Shown here one piece after another: positions 51,871-62,904 of a DNA stretch of 64,000 nucleotides. Under the pieces are notes generated by a model, which ran no database searches, was not told where the DNA came from, and saw nothing but the letters and a program-made list of their open reading frames with translations. Position numbers and translations under genes: made by a program. Source of the DNA: Chiloscyllium plagiosum (taxonomy: Eukaryota); the NCBI RefSeq assembly GCF_004010195.1, contig NC_057756.1:7005095-7069094 (forward strand), written 5' to 3'. Position 1 is the stretch's first letter. Every line of letters begins with the position of its first letter.

Positions 51871-52341
51871 CAGAGAAACCTTGGATTGATATTTTCAAGT
51901 GGGTAAACATCTCTAACATAAAGGCTGACTGAGGAAAGGAAAGTAAAGAGAGAGGGAGAACGTGATGAAAAGCCTTCCACCAGTTTCTGGGTAGACGGGG
52001 AGAAACTGAACTCAAACATGTTCCAGTAGAGGGAGAGAGAGAGAGAGAGAGAGACACACAATGGTCATTTAAACCGTTGCCCGTGTGTTGCCCTCCCTCT
52101 CAACCCTCTCCCCGGAGCCAGGTAATGATATCTGCTTTCAGTGTTTACCCAATCTTCTTTTAGAATCGACTTCAAACTTGGACCAACAAATCAGTCTGCC
52201 AATCGCTCCATCCTCTCCCCAACACCACCTCCCCCAAGTCAACCTTTATGGTGAAACTCTCTCATCTCACCAGGTCATCAGTGATGGGAAGGTTCATAAT
52301 TTCATAACGACTTGGATAAGGAAAACATTCCTGTTACTCAC

Positions 52342-52659
52342 CAAACACAGAAAGGATGATTGTTGTATTCACTACAGCATCACCGAATGAGTTCATGGTA
52401 ACGCAGTACTCTCCGTTGTCTGAAGCAGTGGCTGATTTGAGCAGGAGGGAGCTGTTACTCTGTAAGAACTCCACCCGCCCGAGGTAAACATTATTAATGT
52501 TTGCTGTTGTGTTAATCCACACAAGTACATCTGACCCATTGTGTTTCCAAGATCCACTCCTCACCTTCTCCGACGGTCTCACTGACAGGAGCACAGGGTC
52601 TCCGACTGCTGCATTAATCAGCCTCTCACTCACTGAGATGGTCAAAGCCTCAGAGTCAA
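52342..52659 (-). CDS. Gene B, IgV-like N-domain exon
   Basis: ccccttgtag| ... |gtgagt, 318 nt. Reads VDSEALTISV...GDPVLLSV...SW...GRVEF...SLLL...DNGEYC. No B-strand Cys, as in CEACAM/CD2 N domains. Confidence 0.92.
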
Positions 52660-52830
52660 CTACAAGGGGAAGAAAAATCCCAGGTTTAATGTTCAGCCAG
52701 TTTAACTCCAAATGGAGACAGGGAAAGACTGTGAAATTCATTGTATTTAATATATCCTCACCAGCACCCCCGCCCACCCCACAGCCTTCCTACATAACCC
52801 TCAATACCAACATGAGAAATTCACTCTCAC

Positions 52831-52882
52831 CAAGAGATAGAAGTGACCAGACAGTAATGGCAGTGAGTCGGGCTCTCTCCAT
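52831..52882 (-). CDS. Gene B (CEACAM/CD2-like receptor), leader exon
   Basis: aggATGG start. Encodes MERARLTAITVWSLLSL followed by G|gtgaga (52 nt, phase 1). Signal-peptide-like. Confidence 0.88.
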
Positions 52883-54629
52883 CCTGTGAGAGCAGTGTTG
52901 GTCCCTGTACTAAACAGTGTCCAGCCTGCAGTCCCTGGTCAATGAACCAGGTTAATTTTTAACTAAAGCAAACACGGCTCTGAACTGGGTCAGAGTTACT
53001 TCACTGCAAGGACTGGGTGAAAGTTAGAATATTAATGTAGGGACTCTTCCAGTTCAACATCTGGAGCTGACAACACGAGTAGTGAAGTAATGATTAAAAC
53101 ATTTTGACAGAGCGGTGAGGAGAGAAGGTGGCGTGAAGTGAGGGTTGCTGGGAAGGTAAGGGCTTAATTTATATTTAGGCAGTGGCTAAACCCAAGATAC
53201 TACACGTGTATTATCTCCCTCCCGCCCTCCCCCCCAACTCCTCTAGCCGGAAGAAAAAGACTGCAAGATAAGGCATTTTTTTCTTTATCTTTCTTTTTCA
53301 TATATTTAAGGGCATTGTTTGGTTTTAGTTAGTTCATATAAAGCTAAGCTTACAATGGCAGGGGACCTCAGACCCGTGGCATATGCCTCTTGATTGATGC
53401 GGGAGCTTAGGAACGTGTCTGACGTTCCTGACTCTTACATTTTCAAGAAGTGTGTCGAGCTGCAGCTCTTGTTTGACCTCATGACGGCTCTGGAGCTGCA
53501 GATGGACTCACTGTGGAGTATCCGAGATGCTGAGGAGGTCGTGGATAGCACGGTTAGTGAACTGGTCACCCCTCAGGTTAGAGTTGCTGAGGGAGACAGT
53601 GAATGGGTGACAAAATGAGAGGAACAAAGAGTAGGAAGGCAGTGCAGGTGTCCCCTGCGGTCATCTCCCTCCAAAACAGGTATACCGTTTTGGATACTGT
53701 TGGGGGAGATGGCTCACCAGGGGTGGGCAGCAGTTGCCAGGATCATGGCACCATGGCGGGCACTGCTGTTCAGAAGGGCGGGAAAAAGACTCGTCAGGCC
53801 ATAGTCATAGGGGATTCTATTGTGAGGGGAGTAGATAGGTGGTTCTGTGGCCGAAAACGGGACTCCCGGATGGTATGTTGCCTCCCAGGTGCTTGGGTCA
53901 GGGATGACACCGATCGGCTGCAGAGCATTTTAAAAGGGGAGGGTGAACAGCCAGTTGTTGTGGTGTAGATAGGCACCAATGATATAAGTAGAAAATGAGA
54001 TGAGGTCCTGAAAGAAGAATTCAGGGAGCTAGGAGAGAAGTTAAAGACCTCAAAGGTAGTGATCTCATGATTACTACCAGTGCCACACGTTAGCCAGTGT
54101 AGAAATGAAAAAATAGGCAGGATGAACACGTGGCTTGAGGAATGGTGTAGGAGGGAGGGGTTCAGATTTGTTGGACATTGGGACCGGTTCTGGGGAAGGT
54201 GGGACTATTACAAAATGGACGGTTTACACCTGAACCAGACTGGAACCAATGTCCTTGGGGGAGTTTTTGCGACTGCTGTTGGGGAGGTTTTAAACTAATG
54301 TGGCAGGGGGCTGGGAACCAGAAGAGAAAACAAGAAGGCAGTGAGGTGGAGACTGGAGACTGTAAGAATTATGAAGATAGCATTAATAAAGGGAAGAGTA
54401 GGCAGAGAGCAGGTGAGTGCAAAAAAAACTGGTGGCCTGAAATACATCTACTATGATGCAAGGAGTATAGTGTGTAAGGCAGATGCACTTAGGGCTTGGA
54501 TTGGTGCCTGGGAATATGATGTTATTGCAATCACAGAGACTTGGTTGAAGGTAGGGCATGATGATTGGCAATTAAATATTCCAGGACGTAGATGCTTCAG
54601 ACAGGACAGGGAGGGAAGTAAAAGGGGGG

Positions 54630-54913
54630 CCAAAAGAGAAAATGCTGGAAAATCTCAGCAGGTCTGGCAGCACCTGTAAGGAGAAAAAAGAGTTGACGTT
54701 TTGAGTCTAACTGACCCTTTGTCAAAGCTAAAAAAAAGGGAGAAATACAGCCTACACCCTATTTCTCCCTTTTTTCAGCTTTGACAAAGGATCAGTTAGG
54801 CTCGAAACATCAGCTCTTTTCTCTCCTTACAGATGCTGCCAGACCTGCTGAGATTTTCCAGCATTTTCTCTTTTGGTTTCAGATTCCAGCATCTGCAGTA
54901 ATTTGCTTTTATT
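54630..54913. mobile_element. Inverted PLE-terminus pair (third variant) nested in CR1 ORF2
   Basis: Near-perfect palindrome. aagtaaaagg duplicated at 54616 and 54914. Decayed hammerhead-like core. Confidence 0.7.
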
Positions 54914-55006
54914 AAGTAAAAGGAGGGTGGGGGATGGAGTTGCATTGCTGGTCAAGGACAATATCACGGCTGTGCTAAAGGAGCACACTATGGAGGTCTT
55001 GGGTAG

Positions 55007-56195
55007 TCATACAGTCATAGAGATGTACAGCATGGAAACAGACCCTTTGGTCCAACCCGTCCATGCCGCCCAGATATCCCAACCCAATCTAGTCCCACCT
55101 GCCAGCAACCAGCCCATATCCCTCCAAACCCTTCCTATTCATATACCCATCTAGATGCCTCTTAAATGTTGCAATTGTACCAGCCTCCACCACATCCTCT
55201 GGCAGCTCATTCCATACACGTACCACCCTCTGTGTGAAAAAGTTGCCNNNNNNNNNNNNNNNNNNNNNNNNNNNNNNNNNNNNNNNNNNNNNNNNNNNNN
55301 NNNNNNNNNNNNNNNNNNNNNNNNNNNNNNNNNNNNNNNNNNNNNNNNNNNNNNNNNNNNNNNNNNNNNNNNNNNNNNNNNNNNNNNNNNNNNNNNNNNN
55401 NNNNNNNNNNNNNNNNNNNNNNNNNNNNNNNNNNNNNNNNNNNNNNNNNNNNNNNNNNNNNNNNNNNNNNNNNNNNNNNNNNNNNNNNNNNNNNNNNNNN
55501 NNNNNNNNNNNNNNNNNNNNNNNNNNNNNNNNNNNNNNNNNNNNNNNNNNNNNNNNNNNNNNNNNNNNNNNNNNNNNNNNNNNNNNNNNNNNNNNNNNNN
55601 NNNNNNNNNNNNNNNNNNNNNNNNNNNNNNNNNNNNNNNNNNNNNNNNNNNNNNNNNNNNNNNNNNNNNNNNNNNNNNNNNNNNNNNNNNNNNNNNNNNN
55701 NNNNNNNNNNNNNNNNNNNNNNNNNNNNNNNNNNNNNNNNNNNNNNNNNNNNNNNNNNNNNNNNNNNNNNNNNNNNNNNNNNNNNNNNNNNNNNNNNNNN
55801 NNNNNNNNNNNNNNNNNNNNNNNNNNNNNNNNNNNNNNNNNNNNNNNNNNNNNNNNNNATTTGCTTTCCCAAAATGCAGCACCTCGCATTTATCTGAATT
55901 AAACTCCATCTGCCATTTCTCAGCCCATTGGCCCATCTGGTCCAGATCCTGTTATAATCTGAGGTAACCCTCTTCGCTGTCCACTACACCTCCAATTTTG
56001 GTGTCATCTGCAAACTTACTAACTGTATCTCTTATGCTCGCATCCAAATCATTTATGTAAATGATATAAAGTAGAGGGCCCAGCACCGATCCTTGAGGCA
56101 CTCCACTGGTCACAGACCTCCAGTCTGAAAAACAACCCTCCACCACCACCCTCTGTCTTCTACCATTGAGCCAGTTCTGTATCCAAATGGCTAGT
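55007..56195 (-). mobile_element. 5'-truncated HER1/CR1 LINE nested in the large CR1 (contains an assembly gap)
   Basis: SGVPQGSVLGP...FADDTK and RVWNELPE. Host endonuclease frame resumes at ~56196. Confidence 0.88.
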
Positions 56196-59084
56196 GAGGC
56201 ATTATGGGTGGGGCTGAGAAATAAGAAGGGTGCAGTTACATTGTTGGGACTACATTACAGACCTCCCAAGAGTGAGCATGGGTAGAAGAACAAATAAGTA
56301 AACAGATTATGGAAAGATATAGAGGCAATAGGGTAGTGGTGATGGGAGATTTTAATTTTCCTAACATTGACTGGGATACACTTAACATCAGAGGTCTGGA
56401 TGGGGTAGAATTTGTAAGAATCATCCAGGAGAGTTTTCTGGAGCAGTATGTCAATAGTCCGACAAGGGAAGGGGCCACATTGGACCTGGTACTGGGGAAC
56501 GAGCCAGGCCAGGTGGGAGAAGTTGCGGTGGGGGATTTCTTTGGGAACAGCGATCATAATTCTGTAAGTTTTAGAATACTCGTAGATAAAAAAGAGAGTG
56601 GTCCTAAGGGAAGAGTACTAAACTGGGCCAAGGGCAATTATATCAAAATTATGGAGGAGCTCAGAAATGTGGATTGGACACAGCTATTTGAAGGGAAGTC
56701 CACATTTGAGATGTGGGAGGCTTTCAAAGTTAGGTTAAAGATAGTGCAGGATAGGCATGTCCCGTTAAAGGCAATGGATAGGAGGGGCAAGATTCGTGAA
56801 CCATGGATGACAGGAGAAATTGTACGACTAGGCAAGAGGAAAAGGGAAGCATACATAAGGTCTAGGCAGCTAAGAACAGAACAGGCCCTGGAAGAATATC
56901 AGAAGAGTAGGACAAGTCTTAAATGAAGAATCAAGCAGGCTTAAAGGGGTCATGAAATAGCTTTAGTGAGCAGGATTAAGGAGAATCCCAAAGCATTTTA
57001 TTCTTATATAAGAAGCAAGCAGGTAACTAGAGAAAGGATTGGTCCACTAAAGGATAACGAAGGAAGGTTGTGTGTTGAACCTGAGCGAATGGGTGAGATT
57101 CTGAATGATTACTTTGCATCAGTGTTCACTGAGGAGAGGAACATGATGAATGTCAAGATTAGAGATAGAAGTTTGATTAGTCTGGATCATGTTGACATAA
57201 GTAGGGAAGATGTATTGGGTAGACTAGAGGTTATTAAGGTGGACAAATCCCCAGGACCGGATGGGATCTATCCCAGGTTGCTGAGGGAGGTGAGAGAGGA
57301 AATAGCTGGGGCCCTGACAGATATCGTTGTGTCATCCTTAAATACAGGTGAAGTGCCAGAGGACTGGAGGGTTGCTCATGTTGTCCCCCTGTACAAGAAG
57401 GGGAGTAGGGATATTCTGGGCAACTACAGACCAATGAGCCTGACGTCAGTGGTGGGAAAGTTGCTGGAGAAGGTACTGAGGGATAAGGTCTATTTATATT
57501 TAGAAAGGTTTGGGCTTATCAGTGATAGGCAACATGGTTTTGTGCGGGGGAGATCATGCCTTACAAACTTAATAGAGTTCTTTGAGGAAGTGACCAAGCT
57601 GATAGATGAAGGAAGGGCTGTTGATGTCATATACATGGACATTAGTGAGACGTTTGATAAGGTTCCCCATGGTAGACTAATGGAGAAAGTGAAGTCATAT
57701 GGTGTGCAGGGTGTTCTAGCTAGGTGGATAAAGAACTGGTTGAGCAACAGGAGATAGAGAGTAGTAGCTAAAGGGAGTTTCTCGAAATGGAGAAAGATGA
57801 CCAGTGGTGTTCAACAGGGATCAGTGTTGGGGCCACTGTTATTTGTAATATACCTAAATGATCTGGAAGAGGGCACTGTTAGTATGATCAGCAAGTTTGC
57901 AGATGACACGAAGATTGGTGGAGTAGCAGAAAGCATAAGGGACTGTCAGAGAATATAGGAGGATATAGATAGACTGGAGAGTTGGGCTGAAAGATGGCAG
58001 ATGATTTTCAATCCAGACAAATGTGAGGTGATGCATTTAGGCAAGACTAATTCGAGAGTGAATTATACAATGAATGGAAGTGTCTTGGGAAAAGTTGATG
58101 GGCAGAGAGATCTGGCAGTGCAGGTCCATTGCACTCTGAAGGTTGCTGCACAGGTGGATAGAGTGGTCAAGAAGGCATACAGTATGCTTGCCTTCATTGG
58201 ACGGGGTATTGAGTATAAGAGCTGGCAAGTCATGTTAAAATTGTACAAGACATTGGTTTCAATAACGAGAGGTCACGCTTTCAAGGTGAGAGGTGGAAAG
58301 TTTAAGGGGAATACACGCGGCAAATACTTCACACAGAGGGTGGTGGGCGTTTGGAACCCGCTGCCAGCAGAGGTGGTAGAGGCAGGCACGGTAGATTCAT
58401 TTAAGATGCGTCTGGATAAATGCATGAGTAGGTGGGGAGTAGAGGGATACAGATGCTTCGGAATTAGACATTACATTTTGATCAGTTCAGGCTTGGAGGG
58501 CCGAAGGGCCTGTTCCTGGGCTGTAAATTTTCTTTGTTCTTTGTTCTTTCACCAAAAGCAGGCAGAATGTTGATAATGGGAGCACTGCTCAAGAATTTAA
58601 TTTAACATCTCCTGAGCAGGTCAGAGGCCAGCAATCTTGAAACGAGTAACTCACCTCCAGACTCCCCAAAGCCTGGCCACCATCTATAAGGCACAAGTCA
58701 GGAGTGTGATGGAATACTCCCCACTTGCCCCTGGATGGGTGCAACTCCAACAGGCCTCAAGAAGCCTGGCATCGTCCACACACATCCACTCCCTTCACAA
58801 CTCAGGATTTACAAAATGCACTGCAGAAACTAGAGGTGAATATAGGTGCTCTGATCATTAAATGTGCGGATAGCACAAAGACTGGATAGTGATGAGGATT
58901 GCCTGAGGGTACAGCAGGATATCGATAGACTGGAGACATGGGTGGAGAAATGGCATTCAGGATGAAGAGCCTTTCCCCGAAACATTGATTTTCCTGATCC
59001 TCGGATGCTGCCTGACCTGCTGTGCTTTTTCAGCACCATTCTAATCTAGACTCTGGTTTCTAGCATCTGCAGTCCTTGTTTTTA

Positions 59085-59555
59085 CCATGCTAAATTGTCC
59101 CATAGTGTTCATGGATGTGCTGGTTAGGGTGGATTGGCTGTTGTAAATTGCTCTATAGTGTCCAGGGATGTGCAGGTTAGGGTGGATTGGCCATGCTAAA
59201 TTATCCCATAGTGTTCAGGGATGTGTAGGTTAGGGTGGATTGGCCATGGTAAATTGTCCCATAGGGCCCAGGGTGTGCAGGTTAGGGTGGATTGGCCATG
59301 CTAAATTGTCCCATAGGGCCCAGGGATGTGCAGGTTAGGGTGGATTGGCCATGGTAAATTGTCCCATAGTGTTCAGGGATGTGCAGGTTAGGGTGGATTG
59401 GCCATGCTAAATTGTCCCATTGTATCCAGGGATAGGTGGGTTAGCCATGAGAAGGCAGGGTTATAGGGTATGGTGTGGATCTGAGTGGGATACTGTTCAG
59501 AGGGTCAGTGTGGACCCGATGGGCAGAATGGCCTGCTTCCACACTGTTGGGATTT
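59085..59555 (+). repeat. Headless HE1 SINE with ~6 tandem units
   Basis: Same 53-bp unit, then the HE1 3' part. Confidence 0.8.
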
Positions 59556-60443
59556 TGACTCAAGTCTCCTGCACACAATCCACATTTGCTGGATTCTTTA
59601 AAAAGAAACCACAGACGTTGCTAGAGAAACTCAGCAAGTCTGGCAGCGACTGTTGAGAGAAAACAGAATTTTGAGACCAGTGGCTCCTCAGCATCTCTGG
59701 ATTCCTTTCCTGACCTCTCATGCAGCTCTTTGGCACACACTCCTAAAGGCATAGTCAATCGATCCCAATTCTTATGACATGACCATCAGTCTCCCAGGTT
59801 AAGTTTTGACCAAAATGATCCCTGTCAAAATGAGTTTGTGTTAGGGCACACCCTGAGTTAAAAAAATCCCACACAACATCCCAAAGCAATTTCTAGTCGA
59901 TCAGAAATGACCCATGAACCATGTGCCTTGAACCAGATTCAAGCAATTCTGGGGAATGCCCCTGCCACACCGAGTGAGACCATTTCCTGGTCGGGGAGCC
60001 AGATCAGATATTGTTGGATACAAATCGATGTGTGTTTTTCCCTCTTGCATGGATCAGGTATTGACCAACTCCAGCGACAGTATCAGACAGAGGGAAACAA
60101 ATGTGAAATGGATGGTTCCTTGTTGGCTCTGTCTCCAAGCAGTCTGAGTGCCAGAGCGATACAGCACAGAAAAAGACCCTTTGGTCCAACCAGTCTATGC
60201 TGACCATCATCTCAAATTAAACAAATCCCGCTTGCCTGCTCCTGGTCCATATCCCTCCAAACCCTCCCTTTTCATGGACTTATCTAAGTGTTGTCTCTAC
60301 ATTGTAATGGTGCCCACATTCACCACTTCCTCAGGAAGTTCATTCCAAATGCAAAGCACCCTCTGTGTAAAAGAAAAACCTGCCCATCATTTCATTTTTA
60401 AATCTCTCTCCTCTCACCTTAAAAATATGCTCCCAGGTCTTGA

Positions 60444-61315
60444 AATTCCCCACCCAATGGAACTTCCATTAACCCTATCTATATCCCTCATGATTCTATC
60501 AACTTCAATCAGGTCACCTCTCAACCTCCTAAGCTACAGTGAAAAAAGACACAGCCTACCCAACCTTTCTTCATAACTCAAACCTTCCATACCCGGGAAT
60601 ATCCTGGTAAATCTCTTCTCCAACTTAAAAATATCCTTCCCATGACAGGATGACCAGAACTGGAGATGGTATTGCAGACGAGGCATCACCAACATCCTGT
60701 ACAACCTCAACATGATGGCCCGTCTCCAACACTCAAAGGACTGCGCAATGATGGCAAGCATGCTAAACGTCTTTTTAGCCACCCTGTCGACATGTGACGC
60801 AAACTTTCAGGAATGATGGACCTGAACCTCAGTGCGACAACACGACCCAAGGCCACACCATTGTGATGCACTGACGAAAGCAACAAAGCAGGAGGTGAGA
60901 TTCCCCATAGGTTCATGCCCACTAGTGTGATAGTGACAGACTCAAATAGACAAAACCTGTCGACAGGGTGGCTAAAAAGACGTTTAGCACGCTTGCCATC
61001 ATTGCTCAGTCCTTTGAGTGTTGGAGACGGGCCATCGTGTTGAGGTTGTACAGGATGTTGGTGATGCCTCGTCTGCAATACCATCTCCAGTTCTGGTCAA
61101 CCTGTCATGGGAAGGTTATTGTTAAGTTGGAGAGGGTGCAGAGGAGATTTACCAGGATATTCCCAGGTATGGGAGGTTTGAGTTATGAAGAAAGGTTGGA
61201 TAGGCTGTGTCTTTTTTCACTGTAGCTTAGGGGGTTGAGAGGTGACCTGATTGAAGTTGATAGAATTATGAGGGATATAGATAGGGTTAATGGAAGTTCC
61301 CTTGGGTGGGGAATT
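60444..61315. repeat. Inverted duplication of a decayed CR1 segment (~350-bp arms)
   Basis: Arms 60444-60792 and 60958-61315 are near reverse complements. Confidence 0.9.
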
Positions 61316-62904
61316 GTAAATATGCAGCTTTGGATCAGAATCTGTCGCAGTGAGAATCCTGTGTGGCTAGACCCCATGCCCAAATCAAGTGTTTATCAAA
61401 ACCCACACTGACCTGCTGTGTGTTCAAATTGTGTGTTGTCTACAAATAAAAGAAAATAATGCCCCTACAATTAATTAAAGCTCTTTATGGAAGTTTGTGT
61501 GTATCTGTTGGTTTCAGTGTCTTTAAACGGGATTGAGGATAAATGAGACAACGTGAGATTGGCAGCATTGTAACCAGTAATACAGTGTTTTTTAAAAAAA
61601 GAATTATAATATCTTCAGTGAAAGGGGAAAACAGAGGGGGATGGACTTCAAAGTAGGACAGGGAGGAGTCAGTGAAGTAGTGTAGTTTATGATTTCAACA
61701 CGTGAAGGGTAAGAAAAGATTTGGAACTATTTTTGAGTTAATTCATGGTGGGTATGTTCTCCCCTGGTTACTTCCCACTCCTATCTGTTTGCTCTGTATA
61801 ACAATCAGATAAAAACAATGACTGCAGATGCTGGAAACCAGATTCTGGATTAGTGGTGCTGGAAGAGCACAGCAGTTCAGGCAGCATCCTCAGATAAAAT
61901 TCCAATCTGTAACTGACTTTCATTTATCAGGGACTGTAACATTAACCACCCCAAACTTTTGATTAGATTCCAGTCTGTAACACACTCCTGGGTATCTGTT
62001 ATTTTGTAGATAAACCATCCTGACCTCCTCGATTAGATTTCAATGATTAACTCAATCCCATGTATATGTGAGTCTGTGTATAAAACACCACAAAACCTTC
62101 AATTATATTGCACTTGGTGACTCACTCCTGGTTATTCATTATTCAACATAAACAGCACCACGAACCTCTTCCAGCCTATAACTTATTGCCTGATATCTGT
62201 TAATCCATAATTAAACCATCCTGAACCAAGCAATCTGATTCCAGTGTGTCACTCACTAAACTCTCATGTTAAGTTCATGTTCTTAACACAATCTCCTGGC
62301 AAGAAAGGTCAATGTATCACTTGTCCTCCTATCTACTGGCACTACCATCTCTGTGACCTTTCTGACATTTACGTACAAGATCAGCCAAACCCCCTGGACA
62401 AAAATGTTTCCGAATTTCTCACCATTTTAAACGCAAAAATTCCACTTTTTGTATTCTTCCTGCAAATCACATTCCACTACACTGTAGTCTACCTGTCAAT
62501 GTTTTAAATATAACTCACACAACATAAAACAGCAAAGTAGATTATATGATGGGATGTAGCCAACTGTATTACACTCAGTACCTTCGTGTTGCACTGTCAT
62601 AATATCCAGTCATAAACCTTCTGGGTCTGAAAGTGTGGACTGGGCAGGGAACAAGGATTTTAAGCTGTCACTGAGTTAGTTTGGAAATCTGTGCTGCACA
62701 TGGACATTGCTCCACAATATATTCCATCTGCCAATGACTTGCCCACTCAGTGAAGCTATCCATGTCGGGTCACAGCCTCTTTTCTCACCCCGCGCCCCCA
62801 CAGCTTTCTCTCCCACCTAGCATGAGTCTTGTCAGTGACCCTGGAGACATCACATAGAAACATAGAAGATAGGAGCATGAGGAGGCCATTCGGCCCCTCA
62901 AGCA

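Larger units (their letters stand above)
53100..58548 (+). mobile_element. Near full-length CR1 LINE (ORF1 SGNH esterase, ORF2 APE endonuclease-RT), inactivated, with nested insertions
   Basis: ORF1 from ~53355 with VIGDSIVRG and DGLHLN. ORF2 with IAITETWL, MGDFNFPNIDW, DHN, KSPGPDGI, QHGF, FADD. Several stops, an internal deletion near 58260, (ttctttg)n tail. Confidence 0.92.
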
